Notes: generated from the sequence alone by a model not told the origin. A stretch of DNA of 64,000 nt from Planctomycetota bacterium (GCA_046290465.1 JBKAGP010000001.1:32001-96000), one strand, 5' to 3'; numbered from the stretch's first letter, positions 1 through 11,802 are shown. Made by a program: numbers and translations.

Positions 1-176
1 GCCATGTATTCGAGCGACATGACCGTGTCGATCCTGCCGTCGCGCAGCAACGGATTGTCGGCGCGGATGGTCAGCTCGCCGCGGGCGTGCTCCTGCTGCC
101 ACGAGGTCAGGCGCTCGAGCGCGAGCACCGGCTTCTGGTGGGGGACGAGTTCGGTGACGGCGGGTAGGGGCTGCAT
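1..176 (-). CDS. Hotdog-fold 3-hydroxyacyl-ACP dehydratase, ApeP/FabZ-like (5' part; runs off window)
   Basis: Hand translation from ATG at 176: MQPLPAVTELVPHQKPVLALERLTSWQQEHARGELTIRADNPLLRDGRIDTVMSLEYMA. The LVPH..P and LEYMA motifs fit this family, and it lies directly downstream of the KS/CLF pair. Confidence 0.75.
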   Translation of the reverse strand, partial: MQPLPAVTELVPHQKPVLALERLTSWQQEHARGELTIRADNPLLRDGRIDTVMSLEYM

Positions 177-191
177 GGTCGCCAGCAACGT

Positions 192-968
192 TCAGGCCTC
201 GAGCCTGGCGAGGTAGCCGCGGCCCTTGCCGCGATCGAGCCGCAGCGCGCCGGTCGCGCCGCGCTGGATCGCGTCGATCAGGTCGACGATGCCGACCTGC
301 GGATTGTGCGAGAACCCCTCGGCGACGTCCGAGGCGTCGACGTCGGCGCTGCCGTCGGTCGCGACCGTCAGGTGCGCGTGCGCGCCAGCCGCACCCGCGC
401 GCGTCAGCACGACCGCGCCCGCGAGCATGTCCCAGTGCGGGGCGTGTTCGAGCAAGCTGCGCGGCGACGCCTCGTCGGCGCAGACGCAGCAGACCGCGTC
501 GTGGCCGGTCGCGAGCAGGCCGATGCCCTCGAGCAGCGCCGCCGCCGGCGTGTCGTAGTCGGCGGCGATCGAGGTCGTGTAGCCCTTGTTCTTCATCGAG
601 ATCGACAGCAGGCCGCTCGCCGCGTTGTGCACGCTGACGGTGAACACCGCCGGGGACATCGGCTCCTGCTCGCGCCACATCTGGTCGAGCAGGCCGATCA
701 TCGCCGAGGCCTCGCCGATCGACGAACCGACGATCACCGGCGTCGTCTGCGGATCGACCTCGGCCTGCGCCAGCGCCTCGGCGACGGCGTCGCCGATCGC
801 GCGGCCCATCTGGCTGGCGCGGCGCCGGTTGACCCGGTTGTAGGCCTGGCCGGTCGGCTTGGTCGGCTCGTCGTCGGGCAGCGGCGTGCGCTCGGCCCAG
901 GCCGCGGCGTTGGGGAAGCGCGGCATCCACAGGCCGACGCCGGTGACGGCGACTCGGAGGGCGCTCAC
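192..968 (-). CDS. Beta-ketoacyl synthase chain-length-factor-like protein (aryl polyene type)
   Basis: GTG start overlaps the KS stop (GTGA). RRRAS, SPAVFTVSVHNAASG and ADEASP motifs; truncated KS fold with no catalytic Cys motif. Confidence 0.8.
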   Translation of the reverse strand: MSALRVAVTGVGLWMPRFPNAAAWAERTPLPDDEPTKPTGQAYNRVNRRRASQMGRAIGDAVAEALAQAEVDPQTTPVIVGSSIGEASAMIGLLDQMWREQEPMSPAVFTVSVHNAASGLLSISMKNKGYTTSIAADYDTPAAALLEGIGLLATGHDAVCCVCADEASPRSLLEHAPHWDMLAGAVVLTRAGAAGAHAHLTVATDGSADVDASDVAEGFSHNPQVGIVDLIDAIQRGATGALRLDRGKGRGYLARLEA

Positions 969-2170
969 GGCCTGGCCACCAGCAGCGAGACGTTGTTGCC
1001 GCCGAACGCGAACGAGTTGCTCAGCACGCGCTGATACGTGCCGGTCGTCTTCTGCGTCGGGATGTTCACTTCGATCTGGGGGTCGATGTCGCCGTCGCCG
1101 ATCGCGGGCGGGATCCAGCCCTCCTCGATCGCGCACGCCGAGAACGCCAACTCGAGCGCGGCGGCCGCGCCCAGCGTGTGGCCGGTGTAGGCCTTGGTCG
1201 AGACGGTCGGCACGTCCTTGCCGAGCACGCACTGGATCGCGTTGGCCTCGGCGGTGTCGTTGAGCCGCGTGCCGGTGCCGTGCGCGTTGACGTGGTCGAC
1301 GTCCTCGGGCCTGCGGCCGGCGCGCTGCAGCGCCTCCCGCATCGCGGCCTGCGCGCCGAGCCCCTCGGGGTGCGGCGCCGAGATGTGGTAGGCGTCCGAA
1401 GTCTCGCCGATGCCCTCGATCAGCACGCGCGCGTCGCCTTCGCGTTCGACCAGCGCGAACGCGCCGCCCTCGCCGATGCTGATGCCGTTGCGGTTCTCGC
1501 GGAACGGCCGGCACGGGGCGCTGTCGAGCGCCTGCAGCGAGTGGAACCCGGTCAGCGTCATCGTGCACAGCGTGTCGAGGCCGCCGACGATCGCCGCGTC
1601 GATCGCGCCGGCGGCGATCAGCCGCTGCGCGGTGGCGAACGTCTTGCCCGACGACGTGCAGGCGGTCGACGCCATCCACGACGGCCCCTCGACGCCGGCC
1701 AGCTTGCGCACCACGGACAGCACCGCGCCGAACGTGTGCTGGCGCTGGAAGTCGTAGTCGCGCGGAAAGCTGCCGCCGGCCACGAACTGCTTGTAGGCGA
1801 CCTCGGTGGTCTCGGCGCCGGCCGTCGACGTGCCGAGCAGCACGGCGATGCGCTCGGGACGCCACTTCTCGCGGGCGCGGCGCAGCGGCTCGTCGAGTTC
1901 CTGCAGCAGCGCGTAGGCCATGCGCGCCAGCCGCGTCGACCACGGCTGCAGCTCCGCCGGCAGCTCCGGCAGCTCGTCGCGGACGGCGCCCGCGGCGGTC
2001 TCGAAGTCGAGTCGGATCGGGTGGTCGCCGAGGCCGGAACGTCCGGCCGCGAGCGCCTCGAGGTGCTGCTGGCGGCCCGTTCCGAGCGCGCTGAGCATGC
2101 TGTAGCCGGTCACCAACAGCGGAGCGATCGGCTCCAGCGGTCGGGCTTGCGGCGAAGGGGCGTCGGTCAC
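965..2170 (-). CDS. Beta-ketoacyl-ACP synthase (FabF-like, APE/xanthomonadin type)
   Basis: TACTSSGK (catalytic Cys), AHGTGTRLND, TKAYTGHTLGAAA and SNSFAFGGNN motifs; probable GTG start at 2170. Confidence 0.92.
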   Translation of the reverse strand: MTDAPSPQARPLEPIAPLLVTGYSMLSALGTGRQQHLEALAAGRSGLGDHPIRLDFETAAGAVRDELPELPAELQPWSTRLARMAYALLQELDEPLRRAREKWRPERIAVLLGTSTAGAETTEVAYKQFVAGGSFPRDYDFQRQHTFGAVLSVVRKLAGVEGPSWMASTACTSSGKTFATAQRLIAAGAIDAAIVGGLDTLCTMTLTGFHSLQALDSAPCRPFRENRNGISIGEGGAFALVEREGDARVLIEGIGETSDAYHISAPHPEGLGAQAAMREALQRAGRRPEDVDHVNAHGTGTRLNDTAEANAIQCVLGKDVPTVSTKAYTGHTLGAAAALELAFSACAIEEGWIPPAIGDGDIDPQIEVNIPTQKTTGTYQRVLSNSFAFGGNNVSLLVARP

Positions 2171-2184
2171 GATGGGGGCAGCTC

Positions 2185-3429
2185 TCAGTTCTTGGTCGGC
2201 GCGGTGCGGCGCCGGCGGGCGGACAGCAGCATGTCCTGGAAGGCGTTGTCGTGCCGCCAGACATCGCCGGCGAGCACGGACATGACCCCGCGACGCAGGT
2301 CGTCGCCGAGGTCGCCGCCGAGGAAGTAGCTCTCGGCGAAGCGGGTGTTGTAGAAGCGTTCGACCAGGCCCGCGAACGTCGCGTAGGCGCGCTGCATCGA
2401 TCGGTGGTAGTCGTCCAGCAGCGTCGGGTCGGCCTCGCGGCCGTCGCGCAGCGCCGGCGCGACCAGGTCGACCAGGTCGGCGGCGCCGCGCAGCGCGAGC
2501 GTCACGCCGGAGCTGAACACCGGGTCGAGGAAGCAGGCGGCGTCGCCGGCGGCGGCGAAGCGCGCGCCGGACGGGCGCGTGTTGGCGTAGCTGTAGTTGC
2601 CGACCACCTGCGTCTGCAGGCGCGTGGCGCCCTCGGTCAGCGCGGTGCACAGCGGCCCACTGAGCAGGCCGTCGTCGAGGTCGGGCTGCGCGATCTTGCC
2701 CTTGGCGACGATGCCGACGCTGAGGCGCCGCCCCGGCAGCGGGATGATCCAGCCCCAGCCCTCGGGCCGCAGCATGATGCGGATGTCGAAGTCGGGCCCG
2801 AGCAGTTCGACGTTGGCGTCCCGGTAATGCGTGTAGACCGCGCAGTGGCCGAAGCGCGTGTAGGGCTCGACCGCGTCGTGGCGGCGCGCGAGCAGGCGCG
2901 ACTGGCCCGACGAGTCGATCAGGTAGCGGCCCGTGTAGCGCGCGGTGCGGGTCTCGACCCACGCGGCGTGGTCGTCGGCGCCGAGGTCGGTGACGGTCTC
3001 ACCGTGGCGCACGTCGGCGCCGAGTTCGACGGCGCGGTCGCGCAGCTGCATGTCGAAGCGCGCGCGGTCGACGTGCCAGGCGTGCTCGGCGGCGCCCGGC
3101 AGCGCGTGCCGGAACTCGAACGCCTGCTGCCGGTCGGTGTGCTCGCAAACGAACCGCGCACCGCGCTTGTAGACGTAGGTCTCGTCGTTGGGCGTGACAC
3201 CCAGCCGTTCGAGCACCGGCATCAGGCCCGGCAGCAGCGACTCGCCGATCCGCTCACGCGGGAACTGGTCCTTCTCGAGCACGATCACCGAGAAGCCGTG
3301 CTGCGCCAGCAGCGCGGCGGCGGTGGTGCCGCCGGGCCCGGCGCCCGTCACCAGGACGTCGGCGTCGACGCGGTCCAGCCCGTCGCTGGCCGCAGCTGTC
3401 CGGGGCCCGGCTTGGTTCGAGTCGTTCAT
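2185..3429 (-). CDS. Flavin-dependent halogenase-like oxidoreductase
   Basis: GAGPGG FAD motif, FPRERIGESLLP, YKRGARF (candidate catalytic Lys), GWGWIIP (WxWxIP) and GDAACFLDPVFSSGV. Confidence 0.85.
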   Translation of the reverse strand: MNDSNQAGPRTAAASDGLDRVDADVLVTGAGPGGTTAAALLAQHGFSVIVLEKDQFPRERIGESLLPGLMPVLERLGVTPNDETYVYKRGARFVCEHTDRQQAFEFRHALPGAAEHAWHVDRARFDMQLRDRAVELGADVRHGETVTDLGADDHAAWVETRTARYTGRYLIDSSGQSRLLARRHDAVEPYTRFGHCAVYTHYRDANVELLGPDFDIRIMLRPEGWGWIIPLPGRRLSVGIVAKGKIAQPDLDDGLLSGPLCTALTEGATRLQTQVVGNYSYANTRPSGARFAAAGDAACFLDPVFSSGVTLALRGAADLVDLVAPALRDGREADPTLLDDYHRSMQRAYATFAGLVERFYNTRFAESYFLGGDLGDDLRRGVMSVLAGDVWRHDNAFQDMLLSARRRRTAPTKN

Positions 3430-3772
3430 CGTGCGGTCCGCTTCGCGCGCTCGCGCCGGGACGATGCGTCGAAATCGGGCCGGGCGAGGTTCATCCAGGA
3501 GACGCTACGCCTCCGATGGCGCCGATCAAGCGCGGCCCGGCGGGGCCTCGCGAGGGGCCGGCCAGGGACCAGCCAGCGAGTCCCGGCGGCGCTGCCGGGG
3601 TTGCGCTGCGGTCCGCGCGGCTCGCCGAACAGGATCCAACCGCCCACGGGCGACGCATCCGACGTCTCGAACCGCGGGCGCGCCGCGCGTAGGCCTTTGC
3701 GTGGCCCTCCCGTGCGACGGCGTCGCGCGGTGGTTGCGCCGCCGGACTCCCGGCGGGCGCGCGAACGGCTGG

Positions 3773-4768
3773 CTACTTGCCGCCGCCCGTCTGTTCGCCG
3801 CCGGCTTCGTCGCCGCCGTCGCCCTTCTCGGCGGCCGCCTTGAGCTGCGGCAGCACCCGGTCGATCTGCTGCGCGATCGGCGTCTTCGGCGCGACCGCCT
3901 TGGCCTGCTCGAGCAGCGCCAGCGCGGCCTTCGCGTCGCCCGACACGTCCATCGTGACCATGCCCTTGAAGTAGAGCGCCATCTGCTTGTGGATCGGGCC
4001 CTTGGTGTTGGCGATCGCGGCGTCGAGCTTCTTCAGCGCGTCCTCGCCCTTGCCGGCCTTCATGTCCTCCGAGATCAGCTCGTTCAGCTCCCGGCCGGCC
4101 TCGTCGATCCGGCGGCGCTGTTCGACTTCCTCGACCTTCTTGGCGTACTTCTCCTTGAGGCCCGCCTTGCCGTCGGCGTCGATCGTGACGATCTCCTTCA
4201 TCAGGTCGAAGTGGTAGGAGGCCGCGACCTGCTCGTCGAGCGCCTTCAGGCAGTCGTCGAGCGCCATCGCGCGGTCGATGCCCTTCTTCTGCTGGGCCGC
4301 CGCGAAGCCGGCCTGGAAGCCCGCACCGGCCTTCTTCTGCTCGGCCAGCTTCTCGACGTAGGGGGCCGGGCCGCCCTGCTCGTAGCCCATCTGGCCGTAG
4401 ACGCGGCCGGCGTGCGACATCAGCAGGATCGTCGGGTAGCCCTGGATGTTGTAGACCTGCTGCAGCTTCTTGTTCTGCTCGATGATCTCCTTGGTCAGGA
4501 TCGACTTGTCCTGCGGGTAGTCGAGCTTGACCAGCACGAAGTGCTTGGGCGCCTCCTGCTGGAACTCCTCCTTGCTGAAGACCTCGTTGTCGAGGCGGAT
4601 GCACCAGCCGCACCAGTCGGAGCCGGTGAAGTCGACCAGCAGGTCCTTGTTCTCCGCCTTGGCCTTGGCCTTGGCGGCTTCGAAGTTCTGCATCCAGAGG
4701 TCCTTTTCCTGGTCCTGCGCGAGGGTCAGGCCGGTGATAAGGGAGAGAGCGATCGCAGTGCGCATCAT
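3773..4768 (-). CDS. Exported thioredoxin-fold protein with helical/TPR-like C-terminus
   Basis: Signal peptide MRTAIALSLITGLTLA; DFTGSDWCGWC (CxxC); GYPT cis-Pro motif. Confidence 0.88.
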   Translation of the reverse strand: MMRTAIALSLITGLTLAQDQEKDLWMQNFEAAKAKAKAENKDLLVDFTGSDWCGWCIRLDNEVFSKEEFQQEAPKHFVLVKLDYPQDKSILTKEIIEQNKKLQQVYNIQGYPTILLMSHAGRVYGQMGYEQGGPAPYVEKLAEQKKAGAGFQAGFAAAQQKKGIDRAMALDDCLKALDEQVAASYHFDLMKEIVTIDADGKAGLKEKYAKKVEEVEQRRRIDEAGRELNELISEDMKAGKGEDALKKLDAAIANTKGPIHKQMALYFKGMVTMDVSGDAKAALALLEQAKAVAPKTPIAQQIDRVLPQLKAAAEKGDGGDEAGGEQTGGGK

Positions 4769-4910
4769 GATTCGTTCGGGCGGGCAGGCAGCCCGCGGAG
4801 CGCCGCATGCTACGCAGTCGTGCCAGACCGTGCGGGTGGGATCCGCGGAAACGGGCCTTTTCCGGTAGGTCGAACGTGAGCCGCCGACGCCGGTTATCCT
4901 CGCCCGGCGG

Positions 4911-5381
4911 ATGGACGGGCGACGGCAAGGCGCGATCGGTGACGAGCCGGCAGGTTCCGGGCCCGCAGCCTTCCGCGCGGCCCTGCGGCGCGGGATCTGG
5001 CTGGGCTGGTTCGTGGCGGTCGCGACCGTGGCCGCCGTCTTCGCGTTGCTGCACAGCCCCGGCGCGCTGGTGGTGGCGCCGCTGGCGCTGCTGTTTGGAT
5101 TGCCCGCGGCGCTGCTGCAGGAGGTCGCGCTGGTGTTTGCCGGGTGGCTGGCCGCGTCGCGATGGCGCGTGGCGCTGTGCCTGGTCGGGGCGCACGCCGC
5201 CGGCCTGCTGGCCTGGACGGTGCTCTGGGCCAACGCCGGCTACGGCGGCTCCTGGCAAGCGTTCGCCAAGGTGCTGCTGCTCGTTGAGGGGCCGGTCGCC
5301 GTGCTGCAGGTCGCGATCGTCCTGCAGCATCTGCGGCGCGCGCGACGTGCGCCCGCCAACGACCCGACGATCGTGCCATGA
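4911..5381 (+). CDS. Hypothetical membrane protein (about 4 TM)
   Basis: 156-aa ORF with several hydrophobic stretches and high GC3; start uncertain. Confidence 0.55.
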   Translation: MDGRRQGAIGDEPAGSGPAAFRAALRRGIWLGWFVAVATVAAVFALLHSPGALVVAPLALLFGLPAALLQEVALVFAGWLAASRWRVALCLVGAHAAGLLAWTVLWANAGYGGSWQAFAKVLLLVEGPVAVLQVAIVLQHLRRARRAPANDPTIVP

Positions 5382-5452
5382 CCGGTGGCATGGCAGCAGG
5401 CCAACGGGCGGCTGCTGCACACGGGGACCATCGCGGCCGAAGCGCCGCAGCG

Positions 5453-5488
5453 CGACGCCGGATCCGACGCCCGATCCGACGTCCGATC
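5453..5488. repeat. 12-bp tandem repeat x3 (CGACGYCSGATC)
   Basis: CGACGCCGGATC CGACGCCCGATC CGACGTCCGATC, upstream of the ELWxxDGT gene. Confidence 0.8.
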
Positions 5489-5541
5489 GAAAGCCGAAGA
5501 AACACCGTGATGCGCGTCTGCGGATGTCGCTCGGGCCGACC

Positions 5542-8500
5542 ATGCACACCCGTTTCGGAACCGTCGCCGTTCTCGCCCTGGCGCAAGCGATCGCCGCGCA
5601 GGGTCTGGTGGCCAACCTGGTCACCAACGCCAGCGGCCAGCCGTCCAGCGGCTTCGACCCCTATTACGTGATCGGCAGCCGCGCGGTGTTCGTCGCCGAC
5701 GGCCCGTTCGGCGAAGAGCCCTACGTCACCGATGGCACCGTGGCGGGCACCAGGATCCTCGCCGACCTGGTCGCGGTCGGCGAGAGCCGGCCACGGGACC
5801 TGGTGGTGCTGGGCAACGAAGTGCTGTTCTCGGCGGACGTGCCGGGGCTGGGCCGCGAGCTGTGGAAGACCGACGGCACCACGGCCGGCACGGTGCTGGT
5901 CGCCGACCTGCGGGCGGGGGACGTCGCGGGCAATCCACAGGAGCTGGTCGCGTTCGGTGGCTACGTCTGGTTCGCCGCCGACGACGGCAGCAACGGCCGC
6001 GAACTGTGGCGCAGCGACGGCACCGCGGCCGGCACGCAGCTGTACGCGGACGTGTTTCCCGGCGTGGGCGGCTCGGGGCCGCAGCAGCTGACCGTCGCCG
6101 GTGGCCGGCTGTTCTTCGCCGCCGACGCGCCCGGGTTCGGCGTCGAACTGCACGTGTTGGCGGGGCCCAACGGTGCGGTGTCGCTGGTCGAGGACCTGAC
6201 CCCCGGCGGTGCCAGCACCGGCTTCGCGTCGATGGCGCCGTTCGGCGGCAGCGTGCTGTTCGAGGCGTTCACGGCGGCCGGGCGTGAGCCGGCGGTCAGC
6301 GACGGCACGGCCGCCGGAACGTTCGTGCTGGCCGATCTGGAGGCCGGCAGCGGCAGTTCGGTGCCGCGCGGCTTCACGTCGCTCGGCGGGCTCGCCGTGT
6401 TCAGCGCGGTGACCGGCGCGCTCGGCCGCGAGCTCTACGTCACCGACGGCACGGTGGCCGGCACGTCGCTGCTGGCGGACATCCGGGCCGGCGCGCTCGA
6501 CGGTGGTCCCGAGGAGTTCGCCGCATTCGGCGGCGCCGTCTACTTCTCGGCGCGCTCCGATCCCAACGGCCGCGAACTGTGGCGCACCGACGGCACCGCG
6601 GCCGGCACGTTCGAGCTGGCCGACCTCAACCCGGGCTCGCTGCCGTCGAACCCGACCGGGTTCACGGCGTTCGCCGGGCAGCTGTGGTTCGGCGCGACCA
6701 GCCAGTCGGTCGGCACCGAGCTGTTCCGGACCGACGGCACCAGCACGGTGCTGGTCGCCAACCTGGTGGCCTCGTCGTCGTCGTTGCGGCCGCGCGGCCT
6801 GACCCCGTTCGGCGCAGAGCTGCTGTTCCGCGGTTCGTTCGGCAACGCCGGCTCCTTCGAGCCGTGCATCACCGACGGCACGCTCGCCGGCACGCAGCTG
6901 CTGGCCGACCTCGCGCCGGCGACCGCGGACTCGGATCCGGCACTGTTCCAGCGGCTCGGCAGCGAGGTCTGGTTCGTCGCCGACAACGACAACGTCGGTC
7001 GCGAACCGCTGCTGACCGACGGCACGGCGCAGGGCACGCGGCTGCTCGACGACCTCGTGCCGGGCGGCGGGGACAGCAGCCCGACGACGGCCGCGCGCCG
7101 CGGCGGCGAGATCTTCTTCGACGCGCAGCTGCCTGCGCAGGGCAGCCAGCTGCTGGTCAGCGACGGCACCGTCGCCGGCACCGTGCAGCTGACCGCGACC
7201 GCCGCGACGCTGCGGATCCGCAACCTGACGACGTTCGGCAACCTGGTGCTGTTCTCCGGCGACACGCCGGCCAGCGGGCGCGAGCCGTGGGTCAGCGACG
7301 GCACCGTTCCGGGCACGTTCGAACTGGGCGACCTGCGGCCGGGCAGCGCGGACAGTTCGTCCGGGCACCGGTTCGCGGTGGTGAACGGTGTCGCCGTGTT
7401 CGCCGCGAACGACGCCGTCAACGGCACCGAACTGTGGGGGACCGACGGCACCTCGGCCGGAACCCAGCTGCTCGTCGACCTGCGGCCCGGCGCGGGCAAC
7501 GCGAACCCGTCGGAGTTCACCCGGGTCGGCAACGTGCTCTACTTCACCTGCTCGACCCCGGCGTTCGGCCAAGAGCTGTGGCGCACCGACGGCACGGCGG
7601 CGGGCACGGTGCCGGTCGTCGACCTCGCCCCGGGCAGCCTCAGCAGCAGCCCGGCGCAGCTGACCGCGGCGGCAGCGGACCTCTACTTCACGGCCAACGT
7701 CGCCGGCGTGCGCACGATCCTGCGCACCGACGGCACCGCCGCCGGCACGGTCGCCGTGACCGACACCGGCACGACCGATCCGCAGAGCTTCCTCGACCTG
7801 ACGTGGACCCAGGCGGGCCTGTTCTTCCTGCACGACGACGGCCTCGGCAGCGGCCGCGAGCTGTGGCGGACCAGCGGTTCGCTGTCGACCACGCAGCTGG
7901 TGCGCGACATCGCGCCGGGCCTCGCCGACGGTCCGGTGCCGGGCACGCTGCTGTCGGCGATCGGCGGCACCCAGCTGCACTTCGCGGCCAACGACTTCGC
8001 CTCGGGCCTGCAGCTGTGGCTGTCGAACGGCACCGCGGCGACGACCCAGCAGGTGACGGCGTTCGGCGGGCCGGGCTTCGGCGCGGTGGTGCTGCGCGAC
8101 CTCTACTCGGACGGCGCGCGCACGTTCTTCGCGTGCGACGACGGCGTCAGTGGCGTCGAACCGTGGGTCTACGATCCCAGCAGCAGCAGCGTGTCGTTCG
8201 TGCTGCCGTACGGCAGTGCCTGCGCCGGCACGGCCGGCGACCCGCAGATCGGGGCGGTCGGGCTGCCGACGATCGGCAACGGTTCGTTCGCCCTGACCGT
8301 CGCGCAGGCGTTGCCGCAGTCGCTGGCGCTGCCGTTCGGCAGTGAAGGCGCGTCCAACCTGAGCCTGGGCGGCGGCTGCCGGCTGCTGCTCGACGTGCCG
8401 CTGGTGCCGTTCTCGGCGCTGGCCACCGACGCGGCAGGAACCGCCACGTTCGCGCTGCCGATCCCCAACGACCCGATGCTGGTCGGACGCAGCCTGTTCT

Positions 8501-8586
8501 TCCAGTGGGCGGTGCTCGACCCGTTGGGGCCGGTGCTCGGCGACTTCAGCGCGAGCGGCGGCCTGCAGGCGCAGATCGGCAGCTGA
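5542..8586 (+). CDS. Secreted ELWxxDGT repeat protein (about 18 repeats) with a distinct C-terminal domain
   Basis: Signal peptide MHTRFGTVAVLALAQAIAAQ; recurring ELW(R/K)TDGTxAGT units about every 48 aa; non-repeat tail of about 130 aa. Confidence 0.9.
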   Translation: MHTRFGTVAVLALAQAIAAQGLVANLVTNASGQPSSGFDPYYVIGSRAVFVADGPFGEEPYVTDGTVAGTRILADLVAVGESRPRDLVVLGNEVLFSADVPGLGRELWKTDGTTAGTVLVADLRAGDVAGNPQELVAFGGYVWFAADDGSNGRELWRSDGTAAGTQLYADVFPGVGGSGPQQLTVAGGRLFFAADAPGFGVELHVLAGPNGAVSLVEDLTPGGASTGFASMAPFGGSVLFEAFTAAGREPAVSDGTAAGTFVLADLEAGSGSSVPRGFTSLGGLAVFSAVTGALGRELYVTDGTVAGTSLLADIRAGALDGGPEEFAAFGGAVYFSARSDPNGRELWRTDGTAAGTFELADLNPGSLPSNPTGFTAFAGQLWFGATSQSVGTELFRTDGTSTVLVANLVASSSSLRPRGLTPFGAELLFRGSFGNAGSFEPCITDGTLAGTQLLADLAPATADSDPALFQRLGSEVWFVADNDNVGREPLLTDGTAQGTRLLDDLVPGGGDSSPTTAARRGGEIFFDAQLPAQGSQLLVSDGTVAGTVQLTATAATLRIRNLTTFGNLVLFSGDTPASGREPWVSDGTVPGTFELGDLRPGSADSSSGHRFAVVNGVAVFAANDAVNGTELWGTDGTSAGTQLLVDLRPGAGNANPSEFTRVGNVLYFTCSTPAFGQELWRTDGTAAGTVPVVDLAPGSLSSSPAQLTAAAADLYFTANVAGVRTILRTDGTAAGTVAVTDTGTTDPQSFLDLTWTQAGLFFLHDDGLGSGRELWRTSGSLSTTQLVRDIAPGLADGPVPGTLLSAIGGTQLHFAANDFASGLQLWLSNGTAATTQQVTAFGGPGFGAVVLRDLYSDGARTFFACDDGVSGVEPWVYDPSSSSVSFVLPYGSACAGTAGDPQIGAVGLPTIGNGSFALTVAQALPQSLALPFGSEGASNLSLGGGCRLLLDVPLVPFSALATDAAGTATFALPIPNDPMLVGRSLFFQWAVLDPLGPVLGDFSASGGLQAQIGS

Positions 8587-8607
8587 CGACGGCGATCGCC
8601 CGCGCCG

Positions 8608-10025
<1,418 letters not shown>

Positions 10026-10029
<4 letters not shown>

Positions 10030-11489
10030 GGCTGCGGCCTCCGCTGGTGGTGTGCGGTGTGCTGCTGGAACACGTGCGCGACCTCGAGCACGCGGCCGTC
10101 GGCGCCGTGCGGCGCCATCACCTGCATGCCGACCGGCCGGCCGTCGTCGGTCGGCGCGCACGGCATCGACAGGGCCGGGATCCCGGCGAGGCTCGCCGGC
10201 ACCGTCAGCGCGTCCCACAGGTAGCGCTGCAGCGGGTCGTCGGCAGCTTCGCCGAAGCGCGGTGCCGCGGTCGGCGAGGTCGGACAGACCAGCACGTCGC
10301 AGTCGGTGAACGCGCGCACGAAGTCGCGCTGCACGGCGCGACGGGCCAGCCGCGCCTTGTCGTAGTACTGCGCGCTGTGGCCGATCGACGTCGCGAACGT
10401 GCCGAGCAGGATGCGCAGCTGCACCTCCTCGCCGAAGCCGCTGCTGCGGGTCCGGGTCGTCATCTCGGCCTGGGTCCTGGCGTGCTCGCCGCCGCGCCAG
10501 CCGTAGTGCACGCCGTCGTAGCGGGCAAGGTTGGACGCCGCCTCGGACGTCGCCAGCAGGTAGTAGGCGGCCACCGCGTGCTGGGCGCTCGGCAGGCTCG
10601 CGTCGACGACCTCGGCGCCGCGGTCGCGCAGCGACTCGATCGCGGCACGGGTGCTGCGCAGCACCTGCTCGTCGATGCCGGGGCCGTTGAGTTCGCGCGG
10701 TACGCCGACGCGCACGCCATGCAGGTCCGTTCGTCCGGCGAGGCCGGCGCGCACCGGCGGCAGCGTGGCGATGCTGGTGGCGTCCGCCTCGTGCCGGCCG
10801 CTGGCGCAGTCGAGCCAGAGCGCCAGGTCCTCCGCGGTGCGCGCGATCGCGCCGACGCAGTCGAGCGAGCTGGCGTAGGCGATCAGGCCGTAGCGCGGCA
10901 CGCGGCCGTAGGTCGGCTTGAGGCCGGTGACGCCGCACAGCGCCGCCGGTTGCCGCACCGAGCCGCCGGTGTCGCTGCCGATCGCCAGCGGGCACAGGTC
11001 GGCGGCGACCGCCGCGGCGCTGCCGCCGCTGCTGCCGCCCGGCACCAGGTCGCGGCCGAACGGGTTGCGGGTGCGCTGGCACGACGAGGTCTCGGTGGTG
11101 CTGCCCATGCCGAACTCGTCCATGTTGGTGCGCCCCAGCAGCACCCCGTCGTCGCGCTCGAGCCGCTCGAGCGAGGCGGCCGTGAATGGCGCCGTGAACG
11201 TCGACAGCATGCGGCTGCCGGCGGTGGCGTTCTCGCCGTGCACGAGCAGGTTGTCCTTGATGCCGATCGGGACGCCGGCGAGCGCACCGAGCGGCTCGCC
11301 GGCCTCGCGACGGCGGTCGACCTCGGCGGCGCGGGCACGCGCGCGGTCGGCGAAGGTGCCGCAGAACGCGCCGATCTCGGGGTCGACGGCGGCGATCCGC
11401 GTCAGCTGTGCCTCAAGCACGTCGGTCGCGCTGCGCGCGCCGCTGCGCACGGCGTCGGCGAGCGCGGTTGCGGTGGGGTGGTCCGACAT
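10026..11489 (-). CDS. gatA: Glutamyl-tRNA amidotransferase subunit A
   Basis: Amidase signature PGGSSGGSAAAV...GSDTGGSVRQPA and SNLARYDG; lies between gatC and gatB. Confidence 0.96.
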
Positions 11490-11493
11490 CGCC

Positions 11494-11802
11494 CTACGGC
11501 TCCACCACGCGCGGCACGACGAAGCTGTCGGCGGCGGTCTGCGGGGCGTTCTGCAGCACGTCGGCCACGCTCGGCACCGGCTCGGGCACGTCCGGGCGCA
11601 GCGTTTCGGGGCGCACCGTGGCGGCGTCCGGCGCGGTCGTTCCGGCCTCGCCCAGCGCCGCGGTTTCGAGTGTCGAAAAAGCCTCGACCAGCGCCTGCAG
11701 CTTGGTGCGTAGGGCTTCCTGGCGCTGCTCGGGCAGGCTGAGACGGGCGAGTTCGCCCAGGTAGGCAACCAGGTCGGCGTCGATCGGCGGTGGGTTCGGC
11801 AT
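11494..11802 (-). CDS. gatC: Amidotransferase subunit C
   Basis: VAYLGELARL...LRPDVP...LQNAP...FVVPRVVE; position upstream of gatA. Confidence 0.9.
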   Translation of the reverse strand: MPNPPPIDADLVAYLGELARLSLPEQRQEALRTKLQALVEAFSTLETAALGEAGTTAPDAATVRPETLRPDVPEPVPSVADVLQNAPQTAADSFVVPRVVEP

